From: a virus
Virus record (IMG/VR): IMGVR_UViG_3300038443_002312
Coordinates: 51,674 to 115,673 of that record
DNA length: 64,000 nucleotides
Direction: 5' to 3' (one strand)
Of the stretch, positions 46,411 to 54,671 are shown in pieces (within the stretch, counting starts at the first letter, position 1; each line of letters starts with the position of its first letter). A program made the translations under genes and the position numbers. A model generated the notes under the pieces. It saw only the letters and a program-made list of their open reading frames with translations, did not search any database and had not been told where the DNA came from.

Positions 46411-46481
46411 GACGGTCCGGCCGGCGGTCGGTTACCTGAGAGCGGACCGGCCGCCGGTCGGCCGGTCCGCGAGGTCCGCAG

Positions 46482-46805
46482 ATGACACGGTCTGAGGCGA
46501 ACCAGGTGCTCTCACGAGCGATGCAGCCGGCATCCTACCGCGTGCGGAAGGACGGCCGGTTCTGGTTCGTGACTGAGGCCGAAACGCTCGGCTTGTGGCC
46601 GAGCACGTTCAAGACGCGCAAGGCCGCTCTCGCGGCGGCCGACCGGAGCGGCGCCGCCGGTGGCGCCGGCCGCCCCGGTCCTTGCATTCACGGAACACTA
46701 TCATGGGGAAGCCGACCGGGATCGCTTGTGAGTCCGACGAGTGCGACGGTCGGGACGTCCCGACGGAATGCGGCCGGCCCGAAGAGTACCGTTGACCCCG
46801 CGTGA
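46482..46805 (+). CDS. Hypothetical protein straddling the right border of the GGG-free zone
   Basis: Start motif CCGCGAGGTCCGCAGATG. Confidence 0.6.
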   Translation: MTRSEANQVLSRAMQPASYRVRKDGRFWFVTEAETLGLWPSTFKTRKAALAAADRSGAAGGAGRPGPCIHGTLSWGSRPGSLVSPTSATVGTSRRNAAGPKSTVDPA

Positions 46806-46857
46806 CTGGCCGCCGACCGCAGTGGACGGCGGCTCACCCCGAACCGGAGACCTGACC

Positions 46858-47097
46858 ATGACGACGACCCAGACGACCTACTGGCTGATCGAGTCGACCG
46901 GTGACACCCGAATGGTCTGGAAGGCGAAGTCCCCGACGCTGGCCGGGGCGAAGAAAGAGGCCGGTGCCCGCCACGCAGTCTGCACCGGCGAGGGGCTGGG
47001 CGACGGCCAGACGATGCCGCGAGGGCAGCTGAAAATGGCCCTGGAATCGGGCCGCATCCGGATCGCAGACGGATCGAGTGCTGACGGCCTCTGCTAA
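46858..47097 (+). CDS. Hypothetical protein
   Basis: GGAG SD; MTTTQTTYWLIES... Confidence 0.6.
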   Translation: MTTTQTTYWLIESTGDTRMVWKAKSPTLAGAKKEAGARHAVCTGEGLGDGQTMPRGQLKMALESGRIRIADGSSADGLC

Positions 47098-47123
47098 CCG
47101 TACACCATCCGCCGTGGCCACCA

Positions 47124-47276
47124 GCCGGGAAGCACAACCGGAGCAAGCTGGACGAGTACGTGAAGGTCGAGCAGGAGGTGGGGAGCCGGTTCCGGGTCGA
47201 ACTCTCCTTGCTGGAGGTCCGGGACGCCCTGGAACGGGGGGACGAGCCGGGCCCGGTCCAGTCGTGGGAAATGTGA
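47124..47276 (+). pseudogene. Possible C-terminal remnant of a PAPS-reductase-family gene
   Basis: Start-less frame AGKHNRSKLDEYVKVEQEVGSRFRVELSLLEVRDALERG. Confidence 0.35.
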
Positions 47277-47318
47277 CCGACCGAACCGGCCGGCCCGGTT
47301 TTCCTCCGGAACCCTGAC

Positions 47319-47612
47319 ATGGCCAAGTACCGCCGCCCCGCACGCCCGACGTACGACCTGGTCCTGGCCGCCGGCCGGGTCGAGGTCTGGTCCAACCTGG
47401 AGCCCGACCCCGTCGTCCTGACCGACCAGGAGGCCGGGACCCGGATCATCCACTACCCGGCGGTCCTGGCCGCGTTGCAGGGCTTGATCGACCCGGCCGG
47501 GAAGCCGGCCGACCCCGCCGGTCCGGTCGCGGCCGCCCAAAAAGCCCTCGCGGACGCCCTGGTGGCGTCCGCCCCGGTCAAGAAGCCCAGCAAGAAGAGG
47601 CCGAGGAAATGA
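47319..47612 (+). CDS. Hypothetical protein
   Basis: 97 aa; stop overlaps the next start. Confidence 0.6.
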   Translation: MAKYRRPARPTYDLVLAAGRVEVWSNLEPDPVVLTDQEAGTRIIHYPAVLAALQGLIDPAGKPADPAGPVAAAQKALADALVASAPVKKPSKKRPRK

Positions 47613-48380
47613 CCCTGCCGCCGATCGCCCGGGATGCCGCCGGAATCGCCCACATTGTCGCCCTGTCGGGCGGCAAGGACTCGACGTGTATGTCGCTGGC
47701 CCTCAACGAACGGGAGCCCCGGCCGTACACGTACGTCTGCACCCCGACCGGGGACGAGCTGCCGGACATGCTCGCCCACTGGGCGGACCTTCAGGTCCGG
47801 CTCGGCCAGCCGATTGTCAGGCTGACGAACGGGACCCTCGCGTCCCAGATCGATGCGAACCGGATGCTCCCGAACGTGTTCGCCCGGTGGTGTACCCGGG
47901 TCCTCAAACTCCGCCCGTTCGGGGCCTTCCTCGAACGGGCCGCCCCGGCGGTGGCCTACGTCGGGCTGCGGCACGACGAAGAGGATCGGGAAGGGACGCA
48001 GCCGGGGGGGGGACTCGGCCGCGATCGGGACGGCAGTCGAACACGACTTCCCGTTCCGGCGGTGGGGCTGGGGCCTGGAGCACGTCCTGGACTATCTGAC
48101 CAACGTCGCCCGGGTCCGCGTCCCGGTCCGGACCGACTGTGCCCGGTGCCCGTACCAACGACTGGGCGAGTGGTACAACCTGTGGCTCAACTACCGGGAA
48201 GTCTTTCTCTCCGCGGAAGCCGACGAGGAGCGATTCGGGCACACGTACCGGACCAGTACCCGGGACTCCTGGCCGGCCGCCCTCAAGGACCTCCGGGCCT
48301 TGTTCGAGGCCGGGACGATCCCGGAGCGGTCGCTGAAGATGATGGAACGCCGCGACATGTGCCGGGCCTGTACCTTGTGA
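47609..48380 (+). pseudogene. PAPS reductase/PP-loop family gene frameshifted at a G9 tract (48004-48012)
   Basis: ALSGGKDST, RWCTRVLK, VGLRHDEEDR in one frame; FPFRRWGW, RTDCARCPYQ in the next; G8 would restore the frame. Confidence 0.8.
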
Positions 48381-48390
48381 GGGTTCTGCG

Positions 48391-49167
48391 ATGGCCGTCC
48401 GCGAGAAGATCCCCCGCCTGTCGGCCGCCGACCTCGTGCCGGGGTTCGACCCGCCCGTCTGGCACCGCCCGCGGCTCTACAAGGGGCACGGGGGCAATGC
48501 GTGGGGCGACCGGATCGAGCGCCGGGACCCGCACCGCCAGATCGCGGGCCGCCTCCCCTCCCCGCTCGGGCCGGCCTGGTGCGTGTCCCAAAAGCTGTGG
48601 GTCCTGAAGTGCCAGGCGGCGGCCGCGAAGGCCGTGTTCCACCGGGCGATCGGGACCGGCACGGCCGAGGACCGGCACGACCGGTACGATATCGCCCGGT
48701 TCGGCTGGGTCGGGGTCAAGTGGTACCGCGACGGGATCACCCTCGGCCGCGTCCTGGCCGACCTCGCCCGCCTGACGGTCGCCCCACCGCCCGAGGAGAA
48801 GACCGATTTCGCCTGTCTGTTCGACCCCGTCCCGGCCGCCCCGTCCGGGTGCAACGGCCGGTCCCGGAAGGACCCGCAGGTCGTCCGCTGGCAGGCCGGT
48901 CAGCCGTGGCGGTACGACCCCGATGTCGGCCGCGTCCCCGTCGAGCCGTTCACCGACCCGACGTACCAGGAGTTCGCCCGCGGCCTGCTCGGGGACCTCT
49001 TCGAGACGGCCCGGCTCAACGGGGCCGCCGGGGTCGCCCCGCCGGCCGGGGCCTGGCACGAGCCCGTCGCCCTCGCCTGCGCGGCCGACGAACTCGACGC
49101 GGCCGGCGACCGAACCGGCCTGGCCGCCCTCCTGCGGCACGCCGCGAACCCCGCCCACTGGACTTGA
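48391..49167 (+). CDS. Hypothetical protein
   Basis: 258 aa ORF. Confidence 0.6.
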   Translation: MAVREKIPRLSAADLVPGFDPPVWHRPRLYKGHGGNAWGDRIERRDPHRQIAGRLPSPLGPAWCVSQKLWVLKCQAAAAKAVFHRAIGTGTAEDRHDRYDIARFGWVGVKWYRDGITLGRVLADLARLTVAPPPEEKTDFACLFDPVPAAPSGCNGRSRKDPQVVRWQAGQPWRYDPDVGRVPVEPFTDPTYQEFARGLLGDLFETARLNGAAGVAPPAGAWHEPVALACAADELDAAGDRTGLAALLRHAANPAHWT

Positions 49168-49218
49168 TTTTGTCTAAATCAGGCCATACTCTTTAAGCGG
49201 ACTTGCCAAAGTGTTGGC
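49164..49218 (+). promoter_or_regulatory. Putative promoter TTGATT-17-TACTCT with GATTTTGTCTAAATC operator and GCCAAAGTGTTGGC
   Basis: AT-rich intergenic segment containing both palindromes. Confidence 0.5.
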
Positions 49219-49244
49219 AGGCCGACCCCCGAGGAACCCGACCG

Positions 49245-49793
49245 ATGGACAGTCGTCCGAGTGCCCGCCCGCCGGAGGCCCGCCCGCCCGCCCGGTCCGG
49301 CCCCAACCCCCGCCCGTGGGCCGGCCTGCCGCCGGCCGCCCGCCCGTCCGACGCCGCCGAGGGCGTCCGGACCGGGGTCTTCGTCCGCAGGTGGCAGGAG
49401 CAGGGCCGGGCCCACGGGGTCGTGGTCTACCTGTCCCTCGGCAAACTCTTTGCGGTCAAGGCCCAGGTCCCCCGCGGCGGGTCCGAGTGGGGTCCGGTCG
49501 GCGCCTCGACTTCCCCGGACGACGCCGACCTGGCCCGGGCCCTGGTCGTCCTGGTCGGGCCGGACGAGCAGTACGGGCGGGTCCGGGTCGGGGCGATGGG
49601 CCGGCACCCGGAGCACGACACCCTGGACGTCCCCGGCGGGCACGTCCGGGTGGTCGACCGGAACACCGGCCGGGCCCCGGCCCGGGAGATCGCCGAGGCG
49701 TACGTGCTCGAACTCCTGCGCGACCGGGTCCGCGAGCTGAGCCCGTCGGCCCGCGCCCGGGTGGCCGCCGAGCGGGCGGCCGCCGGGCAGTAA
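49245..49793 (+). CDS. Hypothetical protein
   Basis: ORF in operon. Confidence 0.55.
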   Translation: MDSRPSARPPEARPPARSGPNPRPWAGLPPAARPSDAAEGVRTGVFVRRWQEQGRAHGVVVYLSLGKLFAVKAQVPRGGSEWGPVGASTSPDDADLARALVVLVGPDEQYGRVRVGAMGRHPEHDTLDVPGGHVRVVDRNTGRAPAREIAEAYVLELLRDRVRELSPSARARVAAERAAAGQ

Positions 49794-49823
49794 CCCCGTC
49801 CTTTCCCCAACGGAGATCCCATC

Positions 49824-50375
49824 GTGAGCAACGACCTTGACGCCCGCGTCGAGCGGGACACCGGCCGAGGCGCCGCGGAACCCGAGCGGTACGCGGCGGA
49901 CGGCCAACTGCCCCCGGCCGTCCGGGCGGTCGTCGACCAGGGCCGCCGGGTCCTGGCCGAGCGGGCCCGGGCGGCCGCCGACCAGGCGCGGCGGGAGCGG
50001 GAGCAGGTCGAGACCGCCGTCCGGGAGTGGCTGGGGCCGATCGCCGCCCGGGCCCGCGAGATGGTCGGGCCCGACCTGGCCGGCTACCTCGCCCTCCCGG
50101 TCGCCGACCTGGCCGACGACGTGCAGAAGGGGTGGGCCCTCGACCGCCGCCACGAGGACGTGATCGTCGCCCTCCGGGCCCCGGGGTGCGTCGAGGTCAA
50201 GATGGTCTTCCAGCGGGACGAGACGGGCCGGTTCCGGCCGCCCGCCGGGTACGAGTTCCAGATCGCCCCGAACCGCGGCCGGTGCGGGTTGGCCTGGCCC
50301 GACCTGGCCGTGACCCTGGCGTGTGCCCGGGAGCGGTACCTGGAGCAACTGGAGGCGGACAAGGTCCCGCTCTGA
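49824..50375 (+). CDS. Hypothetical protein
   Basis: 183 aa, GGAG SD. Confidence 0.6.
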   Translation: MSNDLDARVERDTGRGAAEPERYAADGQLPPAVRAVVDQGRRVLAERARAAADQARREREQVETAVREWLGPIAARAREMVGPDLAGYLALPVADLADDVQKGWALDRRHEDVIVALRAPGCVEVKMVFQRDETGRFRPPAGYEFQIAPNRGRCGLAWPDLAVTLACARERYLEQLEADKVPL

Positions 50376-50430
50376 GGTGTGCGGGGTGTGCGGAAGTGAG
50401 GCAGGCCGGCGGGGCAACCCGCCGGCCTCG

Positions 50431-50691
50431 TTACTTGGCCCGGGACTTCGGCCGGGCCTTCTTGCCCCGGGCCGCCAGGCCCAGGCGGAGGAGGTCACGG
50501 ATCGCGGACGGCCGCTCCATCCCGGTCGCGGCCATGTGGTCCTGAATCCCGCGTTCGATGGCGTCGTCGACCACGGCGTGCGCGATCGGCCGCAGGGTGA
50601 CGGGGTTCCCGGTCGGGGTCCGGGCGGTCAGGGGCCGGTCGTGGGTCAGTCCCTGGACGAACGTGTCGTCGGCAGGCTTGGAGGTGTTCAT
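50431..50691 (-). CDS. Ribbon-helix-helix (CopG/Arc-like) DNA-binding protein
   Basis: IAHAVVDDAIERGIQDHMAATGMERPSAIRDLLRLGL. Confidence 0.6.
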   Translation of the reverse strand: MNTSKPADDTFVQGLTHDRPLTARTPTGNPVTLRPIAHAVVDDAIERGIQDHMAATGMERPSAIRDLLRLGLAARGKKARPKSRAK

Positions 50692-50723
50692 ACCGGCATT
50701 TTATTGCAAACCCGGTGCCGTGA

Positions 50724-51140
50724 TCAAGCCGCCCGGGCCGCCCCCGACGCGCCCGTAAGGGACTGCCCGACGGCCGGTTGCGGCGGGGCCAGGCTGTTCC
50801 GCTGGTAGGCGGTCAGGACGGACACGAGCAGGGCCGCCCCGGGCTGGACGAATTCGAGCGGGACCGGCGGGACGATCCCCTCCTGGATCAGCTTGTCGGC
50901 GGCCATCACCCGGTCGCGGTGACTGCCCCCGAGGGCCCCGCGGACCGCGTCCTGGACGACGGCCACGGCCTGGTTGAGGGCGGCCGGCGGGACGGCCCGG
51001 GTCGGGTCGACGACGGCCCGCTGGAACTCGGCGAACGCGACCCGGACGGCCCGGAAGAACGCCTCCCGGTTGCGGTTGGCGATCCCCGACGCGAACTCGG
51101 CGGCGGTGGCGAGGATGGGGTGGTCGGTCACGGACGGCAT
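50724..51140 (-). CDS. Hypothetical protein
   Basis: GGAGGT SD. Confidence 0.6.
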   Translation of the reverse strand: MPSVTDHPILATAAEFASGIANRNREAFFRAVRVAFAEFQRAVVDPTRAVPPAALNQAVAVVQDAVRGALGGSHRDRVMAADKLIQEGIVPPVPLEFVQPGAALLVSVLTAYQRNSLAPPQPAVGQSLTGASGAARAA

Positions 51141-51471
51141 TGGTGAACCTCCCTGCGGCGGGGTCGCCAGGGTCGCGACCCCGGCGAACCGAACGGAAAG
51201 TACGGGGACCCCGGGGCCTGGCCGAGCGGGCCGCCCCGGGCCCACGCCCACAGGGGCAGGCCGGGGGTGGCCGGCATGGCCGGCGCGGGCCAGGGGGCGA
51301 CGACCGGGGGATTGGGGCCGACGGGATGGGGGCAGGCCGGCGAGACGGGCGACAGGGGCGATGGCGTGGAGAGGGCGGCGAAGGGGAGCACGGCCGGGGC
51401 TCCGGGCGAAAAAGGGCGGGCGGTTCGGTCGGACAGGTTCCGGGCTGTCCTCCCTCCCCGCCCGCCCGGGC

Positions 51472-52389
51472 TCAGCCGACGTACGGCGGGTCACCGAACC
51501 CGCCGAGCCCGTCGGGCGACGGGGCGTAGTCGCCGTGGTCGGTCCCGTCGTACCCCCACAGGGTCGCCGACCCGTCCGGGTCGTGCACGGCGAAGACGTA
51601 GTCGGAGTCGACCAGGGGCCGCCCGGTGGCCTTCGGGTCGGCCACCGGGCCGCCGGTCACGTCCAGGGTGTACGAGGCCGTCGCCGACTGGCGGAAGCCC
51701 ACGGGGCCGACGAAAAAGTCCGCCAGCGGATTGCCGTCCGCGGAGTAGATCCCGACCCGCGGGCCCCCGCCGGCCATCGGCAGGACCGTGAACACGTCCG
51801 GCCCGCCCGGGTACTCGGCCCCGGCCTGGACGGTCAGCCCGCCGCGGAAGGTGAAGTCGCCGTAGGCGATGAACGAATACTGCGCGCCGGTGGCCGGGGT
51901 GAAGACGACGACCTGGTTCCCGCCCCCGGGGCCCGGGGTGATGACGAGCCGGTCCGGCTGGCCGGGGACCCGGATCGTGGTCAGGTCGCACCCGCCCGTG
52001 AACGCGGGCGAGTAGACGAACCCCGAGTAGATGACCTGCCCGATCCCGGGCGGCTCCATGATCGGGGTGCTACCCGCGTAGCGGCCGGACGGGACCAGCT
52101 GGACGCCGGTCAGCCCGCCGTCGTAGATGATCAGGTGCGAGGCCCCGCCGGAGCCCGCCTCCGGGATGTACGCCGTGCACTCGGCGTGGCCGGGGTAGAA
52201 GTTGCCGCTGGTGGTGACCACCGCCCCGGCGAACCCGGGGATCGGGGTGAACCCGGACACCCAGGCCGCCGGGTCGAACGCCGCGGGGGTCAGCCGGGCC
52301 TCGGCCTCTTCCGCCGCGAGGCGGACAGGCCGCGGAACCCGAACGGACTTGGTGGGCAGGGGCCGGAACATGGTAGCGAGCCGGAACAT
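51472..52389 (-). CDS. Planctomycete-type secreted protein (LEPR-XLL-like leader, FG-GAP-like repeats)
   Basis: RLAAEEAEARLTP; PGPGGGNQVVVF, FRGGLTV, GGGPRVGIY. Confidence 0.65.
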   Translation of the reverse strand: MFRLATMFRPLPTKSVRVPRPVRLAAEEAEARLTPAAFDPAAWVSGFTPIPGFAGAVVTTSGNFYPGHAECTAYIPEAGSGGASHLIIYDGGLTGVQLVPSGRYAGSTPIMEPPGIGQVIYSGFVYSPAFTGGCDLTTIRVPGQPDRLVITPGPGGGNQVVVFTPATGAQYSFIAYGDFTFRGGLTVQAGAEYPGGPDVFTVLPMAGGGPRVGIYSADGNPLADFFVGPVGFRQSATASYTLDVTGGPVADPKATGRPLVDSDYVFAVHDPDGSATLWGYDGTDHGDYAPSPDGLGGFGDPPYVG

Positions 52390-52489
52390 GGGGACTCTCG
52401 CCGAACTCAGGTGTGGCGGGCCGCGCCCGCCTGTCACCCGGTTATACGCACGCGACCGTCAGGTCTTGCAGACCCCGGACGGTTTCCGC

Positions 52490-52909
52490 CTATTGCCGGA
52501 ACGACTCGGGCCCGTTCAGGCCGCCGTGCGTCTGGCCCCAGGACGGCCCGGACGCGTCGGCCGGGTACTCCGGCCGGGGGGCCGGCAGGACGACCTCCTG
52601 CCCGCCCCCGGGGAGCGGGCGGCCGTCCGCCCGGAACCCCGCCTCCCGGATGACCTCCCCAGCGGTCGGCCCCTGGGGGCCGACCGGGACTTCCTCCCCG
52701 ACGGCCCGGTGGACCCCCGGGCGGGTCTCGACGACCAGTTGCCGGGCCTCGCCCGACGTCCGGTGGACGGTCACCCACCGGTACCGCGGGTACGCCGGGG
52801 CCGCGGGGTCGGCGACCCCGGCCCCCCGGCACGCCGGGCATGGCACGGGCTCGCCCGGGCCGGTCCGGATCGCCCGGACCCCGTCACACAGGTCGCACGG
52901 GTCGGCCAT
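52490..52909 (-). CDS. Zn-finger hypothetical protein
   Basis: CDLCDG...CPACRG. Confidence 0.5.
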   Translation of the reverse strand: MADPCDLCDGVRAIRTGPGEPVPCPACRGAGVADPAAPAYPRYRWVTVHRTSGEARQLVVETRPGVHRAVGEEVPVGPQGPTAGEVIREAGFRADGRPLPGGGQEVVLPAPRPEYPADASGPSWGQTHGGLNGPESFRQ

Positions 52910-52943
52910 AGTTTCTGTTCAGTCCAAAAAGTTACCGCGTCGG

Positions 52944-52975
52944 AACCGGGTTGCCAAGGGGCTGGCAACCCGGTT
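52944..52975. terminator. Stem-loop downstream of the secreted-protein gene
   Basis: AACCGGGTTGCCA-AGGGGC-TGGCAACCCGGTT. Confidence 0.5.
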
Positions 52976-52988
52976 ACCAAAAATCCGG

Positions 52989-53468
52989 TTAGAACCGCGT
53001 GACGATCCGCCCGCGGACGCGGGCCGGGGCGGCCGGGACCGCGACCGCCGGGACCGCGACCGCCGGGGCGACCCCGACGCCGGCCCCGATCCCGGAGAAC
53101 CGGGTCCGGGTCACGCCGTGGACCCCGCCGATCGCGTTCGCGCCGAACGCGTTGAACCCGACGCCGTGGGCGCCGATCCGGGGGCCGAACGCGTTCACCC
53201 CGAACGCGTTGAACCCGACGGCGTTACCGGCCACGCCGTAGCTGCCGTAGGCCACGCCCGGGACGAAGGCCGGGGCGACGACGACCGAGGGGACGACGGC
53301 GACCGAGGGGACGACCGCCGTCGACTGGACGACGGTCTGGCCGTAGGCCACGCCGGGGACGAGGGCCGGGGCGGCGGCCACCCCGGGGACGGCCGGGCAC
53401 GCCGGCTGCTGGGCCGGGGCGGCGGCGGCGACGGCCAGGACGGCCGCGAGCACAAGCATTACGCGCAT
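52989..53468 (-). CDS. Secreted low-complexity protein
   Basis: Signal peptide MRVMLVLAAVLAVAAAAPAQ; GFNAFG repeats. Confidence 0.65.
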   Translation of the reverse strand: MRVMLVLAAVLAVAAAAPAQQPACPAVPGVAAAPALVPGVAYGQTVVQSTAVVPSVAVVPSVVVAPAFVPGVAYGSYGVAGNAVGFNAFGVNAFGPRIGAHGVGFNAFGANAIGGVHGVTRTRFSGIGAGVGVAPAVAVPAVAVPAAPARVRGRIVTRF

Positions 53469-53514
53469 GGCAAAACTCCTCCAGAGGGTGCGGTCAATGG
53501 GCGAATGCGGGCGA

Positions 53515-54123
53515 TCACTTGCCGGCCGGGTCGGCCGGCGGGATCGGCGGGATCTCGGGGGCCCGGGGCTGGACGCCCGGCGGGGCCGGCGGGTTCGCGG
53601 GAACCGGCGGGGTCGCCGGACTCGCGGGGGTCGGGGCGACGGCCGCCGGCACGACCTGGACGCCCCCGACGACGGGGACGATCGCCGTGGCGTAGCTGGC
53701 GGTGTAGCCCGCGACCTGGTAGGTCGGGGACACGGTGAAGTTCACCGCGATCGTCGGCGAGCCCGGGACGACGAAGACGGCGGCCGGGACGACGACGGCC
53801 GGCGCGGCGTAGGTCGGGGCGGCGTAGGTCGCCGCGGAGTACGTGTACCCGCTCGCGTAGCCGGACGAGTAGCCGCCGCACCGGTGCTGGGCCGGGGACG
53901 TCCCGGCCCAAGCGAGCATTGCGACGATCGCGAGGGCGACCTTGGTCACGAGCTTGGAGTTACAGGCCACCATCGGCCGGTACGACTCGCCCGAGTTCGC
54001 GACGTCGACCGCCTGGAGGCTGACGTTACACGCGGTCTCGTTCTGGGACACGCTGGTCACCTCGAACTCGACGGTGACCCGGTCCCCGGCCCTGATCTCC
54101 TGGCCCTTGCTGTCGTGCGGCAT
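53515..54123 (-). CDS. Membrane/secreted protein
   Basis: Central hydrophobic helix, Tyr/Ala/Pro-rich tail. Confidence 0.6.
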   Translation of the reverse strand: MPHDSKGQEIRAGDRVTVEFEVTSVSQNETACNVSLQAVDVANSGESYRPMVACNSKLVTKVALAIVAMLAWAGTSPAQHRCGGYSSGYASGYTYSAATYAAPTYAAPAVVVPAAVFVVPGSPTIAVNFTVSPTYQVAGYTASYATAIVPVVGGVQVVPAAVAPTPASPATPPVPANPPAPPGVQPRAPEIPPIPPADPAGK

Positions 54124-54134
54124 GACGCCCTCCG

Positions 54135-54671
54135 TTACCGGACCTCGAACTGCTGGAACTGGGCCTTGACCTCGGGGGCGAGCTTGCGGCCCCGGGGCAT
54201 CGACCCGTCGGCCACGGCCTGGCGGACGCGGGTCTGGACGTACAGGGGCATGGGCCTGAGCGGCGCCCGGCCGTCGTCGTCGGCGAACAGGACGAGCCCG
54301 CCCCCCGAGTCGGCCGCGACCCCGGGGGCGTGGCACTTGCCGCAGTTGCCGGCGGCGAGCAGGGCGGCCGCGTCGGGCTTGCCCGGGGCCGGCGGGGCGA
54401 CCGCCCGCGGCCGGATGCCCACGGCCTCGCGGATCTGGGCGACGTCCGCCTGGATGGCGGCCATCTTCGCCCCGATCCGGGCCTCCAGCGCGTCCCCGTC
54501 GGCCTTCGACATCATCGGGTCGCTCACGAAGGCCCCGTACAGGGGGACCGTGACCGTCGGGGCCGGCTGGCCGTGCCCGGGCGGGGACGACCGGACCGGG
54601 CCCGAGCTAGTGGCGGCCATCGCCCACGCGCTCATCAGGAGGGCGGCGAACGAGGCGGCGCGGTTCGTCAT
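54135..54671 (-). CDS. Secreted c-type cytochrome-like protein
   Basis: Signal peptide, CGKCH, distal GSMP. Confidence 0.65.
   Translation of the reverse strand: MTNRAASFAALLMSAWAMAATSSGPVRSSPPGHGQPAPTVTVPLYGAFVSDPMMSKADGDALEARIGAKMAAIQADVAQIREAVGIRPRAVAPPAPGKPDAAALLAAGNCGKCHAPGVAADSGGGLVLFADDDGRAPLRPMPLYVQTRVRQAVADGSMPRGRKLAPEVKAQFQQFEVR

Larger units (their letters stand above)
36725..46672. other. GGG/CCC-depleted early-gene zone (~9.95 kb)
   Basis: Only six GGG/CCC triplets seen in a manual scan, versus several per 60 bp line in the flanks. Confidence 0.92.

Noticed and set aside
36725-46672. Explaining the GGG/CCC loss by lower GC, codon bias or mRNA G-quadruplex avoidance
   Set aside because: The zone is still GC-rich and full of GG/CC dinucleotides; the loss affects both strands, codon junctions and intergenic DNA, and the exceptions are context-specific
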